Made by a program: the position numbers and the translations under genes
Source of the DNA: Chrysomallon squamiferum
Lineage: Eukaryota; Animalia; Mollusca
NCBI GenBank assembly: GCA_012295275.1
Contig: CM022670.1
Span: forward strand, 28,644,001 to 28,708,000
Length of the DNA: 64,000 bases
Reading direction: 5' to 3'
The notes under the pieces: model-generated
What the model was told of the DNA's origin: nothing
The model's input: only the letters and a program-made list of their open reading frames with translations
Databases searched by the model: none
Shown: one piece after another, positions 15,265 through 27,519 of the stretch
Position numbering within the stretch: position 1 is the first letter of the stretch
Layout of the letters: each line of letters opens with the position of its first letter

Positions 15265-16029
15265 TAATTTCTATGATTAATAATGATAATTATTTCGTCT
15301 TATTGTCGTTGTTCTCTAGTTTTTGTCTTGATTATTTCTTTTTCTTTCTTTCTCTCAGTCTCCTGACCGTCCGCTCCCTCGCAGCTGAAAAAATAACATT
15401 TCGTAACTGCTGTGGATTCATTAAACGTCAAATTCTAAGTCTTGATTATAACCGAAGGCAAATACTGCGAAGGTGAGACTTTTAGCAAGATGTTTGTTTT
15501 ACCTAATTAATGTTTTTATTTATAAACAATAGACCATACGGGTCAGCGCTATTATTGTGTAATAAACTGCCGCCAGATGACGGTCTAAAGAGGCTAGATC
15601 GGTTAGTAATTGAAACTTAATTATCTAACTACGAGCCGCTCACTCTCTATCTCCGTCTCGCTTCATTACAGAACTGTTGTGAAAAATGTCGTAATGACTG
15701 ACTGAATAATGAACAAATGACTGAAGAGAGAAAGAAAGGAAGGACTGAAGTCAGGAAGGATATAGGTTAACGATAACCGATCGAAATTAAAACACCTGCT
15801 TTGAGGTGTGAACAAAATTTTAAAATTAACATTTATTAGAAAAAGATTATTATTATTATTATTATCATGAATCCACGTCGCAAAATCAATACTAACAAAA
15901 ACAACAACGCGCTTAGCAGCAAAGATTTCAAATATATACCTTTCCGACGGAAAAACACACATTTTATAATTAATCGATGAATACTGGTTGGAGCGACACA
16001 TGCACAATCACATACACATACACAGACAC

Positions 16030-16096
<67 letters not shown>

Positions 16097-17755
16097 TACA
16101 TACACACACACACACACGCACAATCTTGCATTAAAGAGCATTGTTCCTGGATCGTCCAGTTTAAGGTCAGCAACCTGACCAAAAAATTACAGCCAATTTC
16201 TCATGTTATGCAGAATTACTGATAAAATGGAAATATCTGAGCAGGAAGCCCTCATAATGCATACTGGACTCGTATCTTTTAATGTTATCACGTCAAACTT
16301 CGATACTGTTACATCTGATATGTGGGAAATACAAGCGACCCGCACAGAATATGTGAATGAGTATCTGTTATCACGATATCCCAAACTATTTTTATATTCG
16401 TGGTTATTAGATGTCAGACAAATGGTTTTGCAATGATAATGTCTAACTGCTATTCCTACCGATTAGCCGAAAAAAAAAGAAAAAAAAGAAAGACAAAGAA
16501 CTCTTGGACAATCGGCAGACAGATGGGATCTCCAAAAGACACAAATATTTTGTTTATGAACTTCTAGTTTGATATTTTTTGTAGTATGTAAGTTGATGGA
16601 TATGGTACATATTATAATTATTAGTCCGAGCCATTAAAATTTTACAATAAATGGACACAAAGCGTTTCCTATAAATGTAACAAAAACCAAAAGTAACAGA
16701 CTGGTATGATCGTTGTTGCTATCAAAAAGTATCTTAGTTGCTCTGCATATATAACATTTCTGTAACATCTAATCTTATATGAGAACAACGTGGTTTATGG
16801 AGAGATCGACAATATTAACACTATATTAAGAGGCATTTTATAGTGTATTAAAAAAATTATAAATAGCGCACCAACATGTCTGTATGCACATCAGGCCTAT
16901 ACCGTACTGGGTTAATATAAAGTATTGTTGTGCGATATAAATTTACATATATTACATACATTTGTTGCATGGATTAAATTTAATTAATACGAGGGTAACT
17001 TCAGTAATTTCAGAATATCTTAATATAATATTTCGGGAAAATCAACTTGTCTGCCCACTCCCTTAGCTAAAGAGTCCCCACATGCCTGTTATAAGAAGTT
17101 AGTGATATAATCCAATAAAATCTATTTTTAAACCAATGTCAGTCACTTTTAACTCTGTTAACATCACTTTTAAATTTTTTGTAAATATTATTTTTTCAAA
17201 TACTTTAATATTTTCATCATCCATTTTCTCAAAGCGGTGCCCGACAGGCTAGAGACGACATTGGTTTTAATTCCTTCATGTATCACACTTACAGTTATAT
17301 TTTATACGATTTTCATCATAATACTGTTAGAATGTTAATCTGTATCATATGCAGTTATTGATATATCTGCATGTCGGTAGATTGTTAAGTAATTTTATAA
17401 AACTTAATATACATATAGTGTTGCACGTGGTTATGAATCGATTATTTATATTATATACTACGTTATATATGAAGTAGACAGTACTAAGTCATGTTATAAC
17501 AGAATACAGAGACAGCTGTTTATGTATATATTATTACGTGTAACATACCAGAAGGAATGAGAAAAATGTTTATCTTCGTGAACAGGGTGGATTCACTGGG
17601 ACCGTCCCTGTAAACTGTAGTAGGTCATACTGTATTAAAAAGCGTGGCGTAGCAATAGTAATAGTAAACATGACACTTACCAAGGTATAATACCCGCATA
17701 CAGCACTACCAGTTCGGGTATTTGACCAGCACAGAAACCTCTTTATTATCGCCAT
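3218..17755 (-). CDS. Four-transmembrane LAPTM-like (lysosomal-associated transmembrane-type) protein, 7 coding exons, 254 aa
   Basis: Exons (minus) 17755-17681, 5550-5478, 5224-5139, 4747-4640, 4361-4302, 4001-3921, 3499-3218. All junctions are GT-AG and phase-compatible. Protein: MAIIKRFLCWSNTRTGSAVCGYYTL-VISVLCLAFYLFRYIG...FRGIVYAGFVLYSLMIAVSLVLLPGVYM-DRKYLLLPWVYVLVVTVLYETG...-TLSTWEIISVCFYCFRLIAN-CYCFACVVSQYQELSEGRG...PPY...LPYY...PPNY...ITWI*. Four hydrophobic segments, 'LLLPW' at TM3, 'CVxSxYQEL' after TM4 and a PY-rich tail match the LAPTM4-like invertebrate architecture. Confidence 0.85.
5000..5116. repeat. (TG)n/(TGTGTC)n compound microsatellite
   Basis: Seen directly; immediately adjacent to exon 3 of the LAPTM-like gene. 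Confidence 0.95.
5650..6230. repeat. Degenerate (AGT/AAT)n low-complexity tract
   Basis: GTAGTA/AATAAT-rich tract at the 3' end of intron 1 of the LAPTM-like gene. Confidence 0.85.
9446..9526. repeat. (GA)n microsatellite
   Basis: About 40 perfect dinucleotide units. Confidence 0.98.
10660..11762. repeat. Diverged inverted-repeat pair (~10660-10770 and ~11638-11762) in intron 1 of the LAPTM-like gene
   Basis: GTTACAAGATCATCATTTAAAACAGATGTAACCTGTCAAATAATTTTATGTCCTCCAGTTCTTGAGAAAT is the near reverse complement of ATTTCTCAAGAACTGGAGGATATAAAATTAGCTGACAGGTGACATCTATTTTAACTGATGAGCTTGTAAC. Confidence 0.85.
10813..10906. repeat. (TATG)n/(TA)n microsatellite
   Basis: Seen directly, inside the spacer of the inverted-repeat pair. 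Confidence 0.95.
12043..12112. repeat. (CT)n microsatellite
   Basis: Near-perfect CT run. Confidence 0.97.
12430..12803. promoter_or_regulatory. Putative intronic enhancer with an RFX X-box and CLEAR/E-box sites
   Basis: CpG-rich island in an AT-rich intron. GTAACCATAGCAAC at 12430-12443; palindrome CAGTCACGTGACTG at 12529-12542; palindrome GTGACATGTCAC at 12554-12565; CACGTGAC at 12796-12803; TGACG half-sites. Confidence 0.55.
13636..13830. repeat. (CA)/(CATA) compound microsatellite
   Basis: Seen directly; source of four spurious ORFs. Confidence 0.95.
16009..16120. repeat. (CACATA)n microsatellite
   Basis: Hexamer run followed by (CA)n. Confidence 0.95.
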
Positions 17756-18856
17756 GTTCGGGTGTCGTGTCAGCTTCAGCTGTCGTCTGCTAGATCTTCG
17801 TCTGCACGTTTCATCCTACGTGAATCCGCACTTCATGATGAACATTATCGGTAGAGATCACAACACCGTGTGTCGTCCAGTTTGTGAAACAATGACTGTG
17901 TTATTTTAACAGTCAACACAACAACTCTTATGTTAGATCTCTCTACGCTGGTTTTGTCAAAACTTTTGTGTCCTCCAGTTTAAAAATCACTGACTAATTA
18001 AAGCTCCGATTTCTAAACAGTTAATGTTCACATCTCCACTTCTGCTACAGGTATCCGTTTGTCGCCTGTCAGGAGTACCAAGGAATGTCGCTTGAACCTG
18101 CAGGGTTGTGTTTGAGTTGGTTAGTCAGGTATATCCACCATGCAGCCAATCAACAGAGGCCTCGCGATGTTGTAGAGTCCTCTCTTCCCTTACAATAACG
18201 TGACATGCTTCGCCGAACAAACAGCTAGGGGCAGGACAGTTAGCAAAGAGGCCTTATTAGGGTAAATGGATAATATGTTAGTTGACACTGTAATGATTTA
18301 TCTTACGTAATATTAAGTCAGATAATTAGGTGGAATTTTTTTGTTTGGTTGTTCTTTTGTAGGGGTTAAATGTGTCTGTGTTTATTTAAACCAATAAATA
18401 AATTGTCTTACATCAACAACAACAATAATAATAATAATAAAATGTTATTATTGTTGTTGTTGTTGTTGTTATGATTATTATTATTATTATATTTCTGTAT
18501 CATGGAAGGAAAACAAATTTAGAATAATAATCTTGTGGTTTAAACTGATTACATTCCGCTTTTTCTTACTTATTTTTCACCTCCAGAGTGTTGGAAATAC
18601 TTGATAGCCTTGACTATATTTTTTAATTTTGTTTCATTCACGTCTTTTATTATTTATTTTAATTTTTAATTTATTTATTTTTTAATTTTAATTTATCTTA
18701 AAAATTAAACTGACTCAAAGATACAGCAGCTATCTGTTAAAAATAGGGATTATACGTTATAAAAATGTTTAGTTGGTGGATCAGTCTTTATATATTTAAT
18801 AAGTAACGAAATTAGAATAAATAAAAATCTGGAATACTATCATTCAGGAAAACTGT

Positions 18857-18857
<1 letters not shown>

Positions 18858-18914
<57 letters not shown>

Positions 18915-19031
18915 CAACAACAACAGTTATAACAACAACAACAATAATAATAAAACAACTAAAATCTCCATGATGAAACTAAAATGACCGAAGAACCATG
19001 TGATGTTGAAGCATACAATATTATTCATTAA

Positions 19032-19102
<71 letters not shown>

Positions 19103-19210
19103 ATGTATGTGTACGTGTGTGTATACATATATATACATTTATTTATTTAGATGTATATATACGTGTACACTTATATACATATACAGACACACACACACAT
19201 ACACACAAAA
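18858..19210. repeat. Microsatellite cluster (AAT)n, (AAC)n, (CT)n, (CA)n
   Basis: Seen directly upstream of the first coding exon of the LAPTM-like gene. Confidence 0.93.
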
Positions 19211-20391
19211 CGTTCATTTATACTTTAATATTATAAAGCAAATATATATTTCCACATCCCATACAAGACCTCACCCACCTGGATGTCAGGTCTTAAGCAC
19301 TAGGTCTTCCCGGCGTTACAGGTTGTTTGAGAAGCTGTCAAAACGACAGAGGTAATTTGTAACTGTAATGTACAAACTAACGACTTCATAGGCACACAAT
19401 GAAGAGCACTGAGCATGCCTGTTCTGACGTAATTGTACTGTCTTAAACTAATTAGTGCAGACGTATTGGGATGGGAGATTACAATTAATATTATGTTCAA
19501 ACGTTAATCAGGAAAAAAAAGAATGTGAATATCAACACACACAGACTCATATAACTGTTGCAACACATTGCTTAATAACAGGAAAATTGGACAGTATAAT
19601 GTTATGTGTATATAAAAAAGAAATTATCAATCTATGTCCTGTTATTAACACTAGGAAAAGAAAGAAATGTAATAATTTATATGAACTACTTACGAGATTA
19701 AAACGCCAATTTATCATTCTAAGAAATCAATGTCTGCGTGAACCGCTTACAAAATATAAGAATAAAATACTGACAAATAAGTCAACATAAAATTATTTCA
19801 TTATTTTGTATCTGTTATTTTAAAACCCAAGCAATTTCAGTTAATTTATCATGAAGTAAACTGACCTGTAATTCAGCTGTATACCTTTTTATGCAGTACA
19901 TTGGGTGAATAATTATACACGAAATTATACATGAATAATGACAAACGAAAGAATCGATGAATGACATGATTTTACAGTTCACGCACTAAACATATATTTT
20001 AGATAATTATACGTTTTAGAACGAATATAAATATATGTCTAATGCATTTTCATATTTCTATGTATATTACATAAAACAAAATGAGAAAATTAAAAAAAAT
20101 AAACATGCTAACCATATAATAAATAAAGGAATAATAAAAACTGAATAAAATAAAATAAACAAGTAAATTAGCAGGTGAATAAGCAAGTAAGTAAGTAAGT
20201 AAATAAATAAATAAAAGTGATATAAACAAATAAATATATTACAGTTTAAGAAAAAAACACAGGTGTATGGCTATAATAATTAAACTTAACAAAATCACAA
20301 CTATAAAATGTATTATAAATGTCTTTCTAAAAAAATAAAAAAATAAAAAAAATTAAGCAACAACAACAAAAAATAGACAAAAAAAAAAAAA

Positions 20392-20423
<32 letters not shown>

Positions 20424-20648
20424 AAACCAACATTAGTTATTGACGTAAATTCTATACTTCAGTATTATATAATTTATATGCAGTAATACAACACGTAACA
20501 TATACAAGTGGCCTTACTTAACTGCAATCATACACTTTATTTATTTCTCTGTTACACAAATAATTCAATCATGAGATTAATATTTCTTTTACTTTCAACT
20601 GAAAAACAGCCACGATTTATTAGTTACATAAATCAAACTGTTCTTTAT

Positions 20649-20886
20649 CACTTACTTACACGTTTCACTTACTTACACGTTTCACTTATTTACACGTTTC
20701 ACTTATTTACACGTTTCACTTACTTACACGTTTCACTTATTTACACGTTTCACTTACTTACACGTTTCACTTACTTACACGTTTCACTTATTTACACGTT
20801 TCACTTACTTACACGTTTCACTTACTTACACGTTTCACTTACTTACACGTTTCACTTACTTATACGTTTCACTTATTTACACGTTT
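20649..20886. repeat. 17-bp tandem repeat, ~14 copies
   Basis: Unit CACTTA(C/T)TTACACGTTT; it produces the 17-aa periodic spurious ORF 20508-20939. Confidence 0.95.
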
Positions 20887-21092
20887 ATTCGCACAGAGTG
20901 CCTGACATTTTATGTTGTTCATATGTATATCTTTTATGAACTGCGGTCCATTGTTTACATATGGAAAGAAAGAAAGAGAAAGAAAGATAATAAGTATGGC
21001 AGGAACGGAGAAAAAGAGAGAACGACAAAGAGATAGATAGAGCAAACCAACCAGATAGGCCATCTTTGAATATAGAATACTCACACACATAT

Positions 21093-21126
<34 letters not shown>

Positions 21127-21695
21127 ATATCGGGAATAATCGGTTACTGTCTTAAGGTTTATCTTGCAAAGGTTAGAATGGCATATCCAGTGAAGCTGTC
21201 CCGAGTGCATTCGCCATTCCACCTGAAAAGATAAATTTAATTTCTTGAGGTATTTCTTTTATCCTGCAATCCTAAATAATAAAAAACTAAATGAAATTTA
21301 CTGTTTTATTTCTCAATTCACCGTTCAAGAGACTAAAAGATTCATGCGTACTGAGTTTGTTTAAAAACTATACAAACTATACATCAAAACCAAGTAGTTC
21401 TTAATTAACAATAATTTGTTTGATATTTTTTAAATTAATACTGTTTTCGAAATGGTCTTTTAAGATCTAAACCAGCAAATAAACATTAAATAACTAGAAA
21501 TTTAACGAAATAAAAACAGTTTCTTATCCAAAAGCTATATTTATGGTCACAGACCGAAAATACAGAAGTTTATCTAGTCATCATATTTGCTGCACTTTTT
21601 ACGGTGTTTGCTTGTGTGTGTGTGTGTGTGTGTATGTATATATATATATATATATATTTCAAAACTGTATGTTTACAAGTAAAAACAATTTTCAG

Positions 21696-21960
21696 TACAG
21701 GTTGAGGATCCCTCATCCGAAATCCAAAGAGTTTTGAAATTTGAAACATTTTTCGGTGGTGGTTTAACATGAATAAACTTTATAAAAAATAAAATAAAAT
21801 AAAAATATATATAAAAACTACACGGAGAATATCTCTATAAATTGTATATGCTTTTTAAATGGATTTTATGTTTACACTTAGATACAGTAGTCCCTTTATT
21901 AAGGGAAATAACTCTGAAATTCCTTGCAGTTTTTTGAGTTATCTGTAAAAGCAATAATCG
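21696..21960 (+). mobile_element. Tigger-like transposon end remnants (two TA-flanked TIR-like starts)
   Basis: TA+CAGGTTGAGGATCCCTCATCCGAAAT (21696) resembles the Tigger4/Zombi TIR. TA+CAGTAGTCCC (21883) resembles MER44/Tigger7-type TIRs. Partner ends were not found. Confidence 0.55.
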
Positions 21961-22166
21961 TAAATTAGTATTTCAATCAACGTGGTAATCTGGTAATGTC
22001 TCGCTGAGGAAATGAAGATAGTAGATCATTGTGATATCGACATTTTTATTATCGGTAAAACAGTGTTAACAGTTTTCAAACAGCGCGCTTCCCATTAACT
22101 GTTTTGGTTGATTGCGTTACGTTGGTCGGAGCCAAATTTCCATCATGACTGCATAATTTAACTCAT

Positions 22167-22436
22167 TGTGTGTGTTGGGTGTGTGTGTGTGTGTATCTGT
22201 GTGTGTATATGTGTGTCTGTGAATATGTTTATGTATGTGTGTGTATGTTTGTGTTTATATATGTATGCATGCATGTGTGTATGTATGTGTATGTATGTAT
22301 GTGTATGCATGTATAATTTAAAACTTGTATATATTTACATAGATATATGTGCTTGAGTGTTTGTATGTATGTGTGTACATATTGTAAGTATTTCTATATG
22401 TATGTATGTATGCAGCTATGTTTTTATGTGTGTGTA

Positions 22437-22469
<33 letters not shown>

Positions 22470-22516
22470 GTGATCTTAGATATATATTGTATATCTTTAT
22501 ATCTACATATATACTC
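22167..22516. repeat. (TG)/(TATG) degenerate microsatellite
   Basis: Seen directly. Confidence 0.93.
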
Positions 22517-24104
22517 ATAAATAATTTTCCGTGTATGAATATATACTGACAGTTAATTATTTACCTGTAATTATCTTTGACCTTTCATCTTCTTTTTTCT
22601 CACCACGAAACCGACCTTCAAGGTTAATGATAAGGAAATAGTCAATAAAAATTATATGCTCTTATAGATATTGATTTGATCATTAGTATTTCAGGTAGAC
22701 TGTAATCATAGATGTAAAATAATGACTGATTATTGACAGAATAATGATGTTGATGCCTCTGTTGGTCTCTTTTAAAAGTGTAATTCAGACTACAGAAGTA
22801 ATTTTATATAAATATACTTATGGAGATTTCTGTTTGATAAATTCTGACATACTATAATTTTCAGAGGAAATCGTTTACATTATCAGTGGGACAGGAAAGG
22901 ACGTAATACCACACTTTCAATATTAAGAAATATCTTACGTTATTAAATTTTGTTTTTTTTATCACTAAGTTGTCCGTTTATTAAAAATTTGATATTAAGG
23001 AGTTTAAAGTTAAATAACGTTATCAAACTTGCTCCAGGGAGATAGATTAAGTCTGTTTATTTTTCCATCTTCGCTGGAACCATGCTAGTGTTTAAGGTTT
23101 AAACAGGTATCTACTTGATTATAATTTTGACACTTGCCGCATAACGTATTAATCCATAGATTTATTTTGACAATTTTAGTTATTACATAATTTGATTCTG
23201 TAAATGGGAAACTAATATCCATATGTTGTATATTAAAAAACAGAGACATAGTCCAATAATATGTCACCTGCCTGAAGTTTGTTATGTGTATATTTTCTCA
23301 GAACTGCCTTTGATAAAATATTCGTGGAGCACTGGAAGAACGGGAAATGGTCAACGCGGTAAATAGAGGGAAAAATAAATAATATTAAACAGAACAAAAT
23401 CACGAATGCAATAACAAAAAGAGAAAAAAATATATCGAAATAGTATGTTAGTAGTAAAACCAAAATGTCAATAAACTGAATATAAATGACAACATGAACA
23501 ACAGTAAAAAGCTTCGATTGAAATTTCATCCTGACCGTGGCCATTTTTCATTTTGACAATTGATTAAGCCGACTAGTAACCGTTATTCGTGCGATAACTC
23601 ACGAAGTAACAATAGCAGCCACAGAAAAAAAGAACAAAAAGCCAACAACGCCATTACTTCCGTCCTCGGTTATAGTATAAAAAGCAACATTGTTAATCGC
23701 TTTACGAAAACTAATCTTGATCAAACAGTTCTATTATAACTTTTTAAAAACCTACCATTTGTACTTTATCATCGTGACAACTGCAGTTAAACTTTATGAG
23801 CTGAAAAAAAAAAAAAAAAAAAAAAAAAAGAAAACAACCCTACACTTTTATTTTGAAATAGCCGAGAAAACTAACTTCAGACTAATTATTACTTTATTTG
23901 TACAGCAGTCTGTCGTACAGTTACACTGGTCTGCCCACTTGTACTGAGTGATATAAATATGCGTTTTGATCATAGAGACACAGTTTTATGGATTAAAGAT
24001 CAGAGGGTGCGGTCGTACTGCTAAATATCCAGTAATGCGCCAAACTGTTCATGTACGTACATGTGTTTCTGATTTTTCTGGTTTCATCGTAGTCTTCTGC
24101 TCTT

Positions 24105-24872
24105 GCGCAGCTAGTTGTTAAAGTTATTAACTAGTGTTTTAAAACAATATCTGTATCTTTGGCTTATTAGTTTCATCGTACTTAACTAGTTTTTATAAAT
24201 ATCAGTATCTTTAGTTTACTAGTTTCATCGTATTTAACGTGTTTTTAAAACAATATCAGTATTTTTGCTTTACTAGTTTCATTATACTTAACTAGTTTTT
24301 AAAACAATATCAGTATTTTTGCTTTACTAGTTTCATTATACTTAACTAGTTTTTATAAACAATACCAGTATCTTTGGTTTAACTAGTTTAATCTTAGTCA
24401 TCGGCTCTCATTTAACTAATTTTTAAAACAATATCAGTATCTTTGGTTTACTAGTTTCATCGTACTTAACTAGTTTTTTAAACAATACCAGTATTTTTGG
24501 TTTACTAGTTTCATTATACTTAACTAGATATTATAAACAATATCTGTATCTTTCGTTTAACTAGTTTAATAGTAGTCATCGACTCTTATTTAACTAGTTT
24601 TTAGAAACAAAATCTGTATCTTTGATTTAACTAGTTTAATAGTAGTCATCGGCTCTTATTTAACAAGTTTAATAGTAGTCATCAGCTCTTATTTAACTAG
24701 TTTAATAATAGTCATCGTCTCTTATTTAACTAGTTCTTATAAAAAATATCTGTATCTTTGATTTAACTAGTTTAATAGAAGTCACCGGTTCTTTTTTATG
24801 TAGTTTTTATAAACAATATCTGGATCTTTGATTTAATGGTCGTGGTCGACTTCTATTTAACTAGTTTAACTA
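24105..24872. repeat. Minisatellite, ~53-54 bp unit with variant subunits, rich in ACTAGT
   Basis: Repeated TAACTAGTTTTTAAAACAATATCAGTATCTTTGGTTTACTAGTTTCATCGTACT, plus the variant AACTAGTTTAATAGTAGTCATCGGCTCTTATTT. Degenerate CTAGTTTCA echoes continue to about 25380. Confidence 0.9.
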
Positions 24873-24912
24873 GATATGAGTCTGGTTCCATTATATTTTT
24901 ATATATTATCTT

Positions 24913-25103
24913 TGAGGAAACAAACAAAAAGTGAGAAAATTGCTAACTAAATATATGCATGGACTAAATACTAACTGTGGCAACGCTGAGGCCTAAGAAA
25001 CTTTGACAACGGCCTTGTGTTGAGATTCACAAGACGAAAACAGTGAGAAGTCGACAGCACAACGATCTATCAGGCAAAGATATGGATGTTCTAAACGAGC
25101 AAA
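24913..25103 (+). pseudogene. Decayed partial copy of exon 2 of the 27520-29182 gene
   Basis: Aligns by eye to about 28179-28400 (e.g. AATACTAACTGTGGCAAC and GAGAAGTCGACAGCACAACGATCTATCAG shared). It carries small deletions and a CGA>TGA stop. Confidence 0.9.
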
Positions 25104-27519
25104 GTTTTATTGCAATTTCATGTCTCTGATTTAATTATTGTTCAATTTTTACTTGTCGAACCAAAATTTTCTCTACTGTTTGATCTAGCTTCATTAAGGT
25201 CATCCTAGTTTGATGCAGCTAGTTTTCTTGCTTCTGATTTAGCTAGATTCATAATAGTTTTGTGGTTTGGTGAATATTTTCTGAATCATGATTTATCTAG
25301 TTTCACTTTGGCTTGTTGTTACTTGTTTACTAGTTTCACAGTGTATTTTTGAATAACTGGTTTAGCTAGTTTCATTATGAAATTATAGAAAATGAGAAAT
25401 TATCTATATTAAAATTCCGAATCAGCTAAACCAATTTCTCTGTAAATTATATATGCAGCAGAAAAATGAGGATCGTATTCTCTTGTACTGTTTGTGTAAG
25501 AAGTACTAATGGAAAATAAAAAATTTTTCATATTCTTTCTTATTACAGAGTACGAAAACAATCCTAATGAATATCAATCAATATTGCACATTTTAGCAGA
25601 TTACATTTCGAACGTTTTTACTAGATTGAACATTACCATAAATTAATGCCACACTAATTATATATCATGAGTATATTTGTCATCCAAACATGGATCTTGA
25701 TGAATGCTCTATGTTATTATAATGGAACCTGAACCTTCCTTTTGCTAAACAGCCTCAAAAGTTGACGGACACAAAAATAAATAAACAAATAATTATAAAA
25801 ATCGAAAAACAAAGAAAAAAATCAAAGGCAGATAAACAAACAAACAAGAACGTCGGTATATGAAGTCAATGATTTTCCTGAAGTGACAAGCACGACGCCG
25901 ATAAATCATTTAAGGTTGTAATCAAAAGTCTTGATATTGTTCATTGGTCCCTGAGAACAGTTTCACCGAAGCCAGCGAGTTCGCGAACGGTTTTTCTTGA
26001 GCATTCATGCTGTGAAAATGTCTTCACAGGTCTTGACGTTTTGATCAACGCATGTCTGTCGTGACATAACGGAATAAACGCTTTCTGCATTCATCGTTGC
26101 AAGTCCTCTCACGAACTGCACAGTATATACGGTGGTTTGAAATTATATCTCCACCAAGCGTTCTGAAAAAGGAGAAATGTTATCACATTTATTTTGATTA
26201 TATTCTGATAGATATTTATTTTAAACCCGTTGAAGTGTATTGTGATTCAGGATAACAGCAGAATATATTAAATTATAAATTGAAGTGAAAAAAAAAAAAA
26301 AGAAAGAAAGAAAGAAAAAAAAATAATAATAAAAAAAGGAAAGATGACAGGTAGGAGTACTGTGTTTTGAAACTTGATCGCAAAATCGGTGAAACGTCGC
26401 TGATTGAATTCTGTACGTCTGTTTGAGTTCTATCAAAGAAAGCAAGAAGTGTTAATATGAATATAGAACTTCTGTCACCTTTCTCGATGGTTTTAGTCAG
26501 ACCTCTTCGAAAGCCGAAAGTGTGTGTAGTATCGTATAAGTACCCCGGACAGTTTTAAATGAAAATACGAGTACATTTATGAATTTCAAGTAGTTAATTT
26601 TCCAAAAGTGTTTGCACTGTATTCTTATTTGGTCAAGCACTGTATCATGGAATTCATTGCTAGAATTACGTGCTGAATCAAAATAAATGGAATAACGTTT
26701 AAGCCCAAAGGGAGTAACATAGACATCATTAAACGTCAATAATTGTTTGTCCGGTCGTTATCCAGGATTATGTGAAATGTTTTCAAACGGATCTATGGTT
26801 CAAGTATTCTTTAACTCACAATAGCTGTAAGGTAGAACATAGATTATTAAAACTTGTAACGTTCCAACCGGTTTATATTTTCTCTGAAACATTAAATAAA
26901 AAGCAGACCTCGTATTTCATTATTATCTAAACTGATTGGAATACAGTCTATGTAGAATATTATTGTTTGAAAAGGATTAAAACAATCGATTTCCATTGGA
27001 AACATTGGCAGCATCAGGAACTGTGTGCATGCATAATAAAACTAACTGTCGTAAAATATTGTTATATCGTCTTTTATTTGCAGGATAAAATCAGTTTCTA
27101 TGTGTAATAACTAGTGAAAGAACGGTTTAACCATTATGTGAGTAATGCTCGTTTATGATTACAGTCTGGTTTTACGTGTTAAATAATACATTCATATGAA
27201 CAAAGGTAAATAACTGAAGTAGCGGCACCCCCCCAAAAAAAAGAAAAAAAAAAAAAAAATCAACCCCCCAAAAAAAAAACCAAAAAACAACAACAACAAT
27301 AACAGAAAAAAAAAAAAAAAAAAAAAAAAACAATGAAGCGAGTAGAAATTTTTGAACAATAATACTTGTAAAACATTCTGGTTATTTGATCACAGTCTGT
27401 TTTACATTACTCAAACAAACTGTTAATGGAGGTAAAATATTCTACCATTGGAATTTCACTCGTGGACTGTTCTGAATTCTCCTGTTATCTTTGTTTTCGG
27501 TTATCAGCCTTCTCGGCCA

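Noticed and set aside
20508-20939. 143-aa ORF with a 17-aa repeat
   Set aside because: Read-through of the 17-bp minisatellite; non-ATG start and no splice support.
24105-24872. Repeat array as a CRISPR locus
   Set aside because: Units are contiguous and mutually similar with no unique spacers; there are no cas genes and the context is eukaryotic.
26497-26739. 80-aa minus-strand ORF as a small gene
   Set aside because: TTG start, no recognisable domain and no in-frame spliced continuation found.
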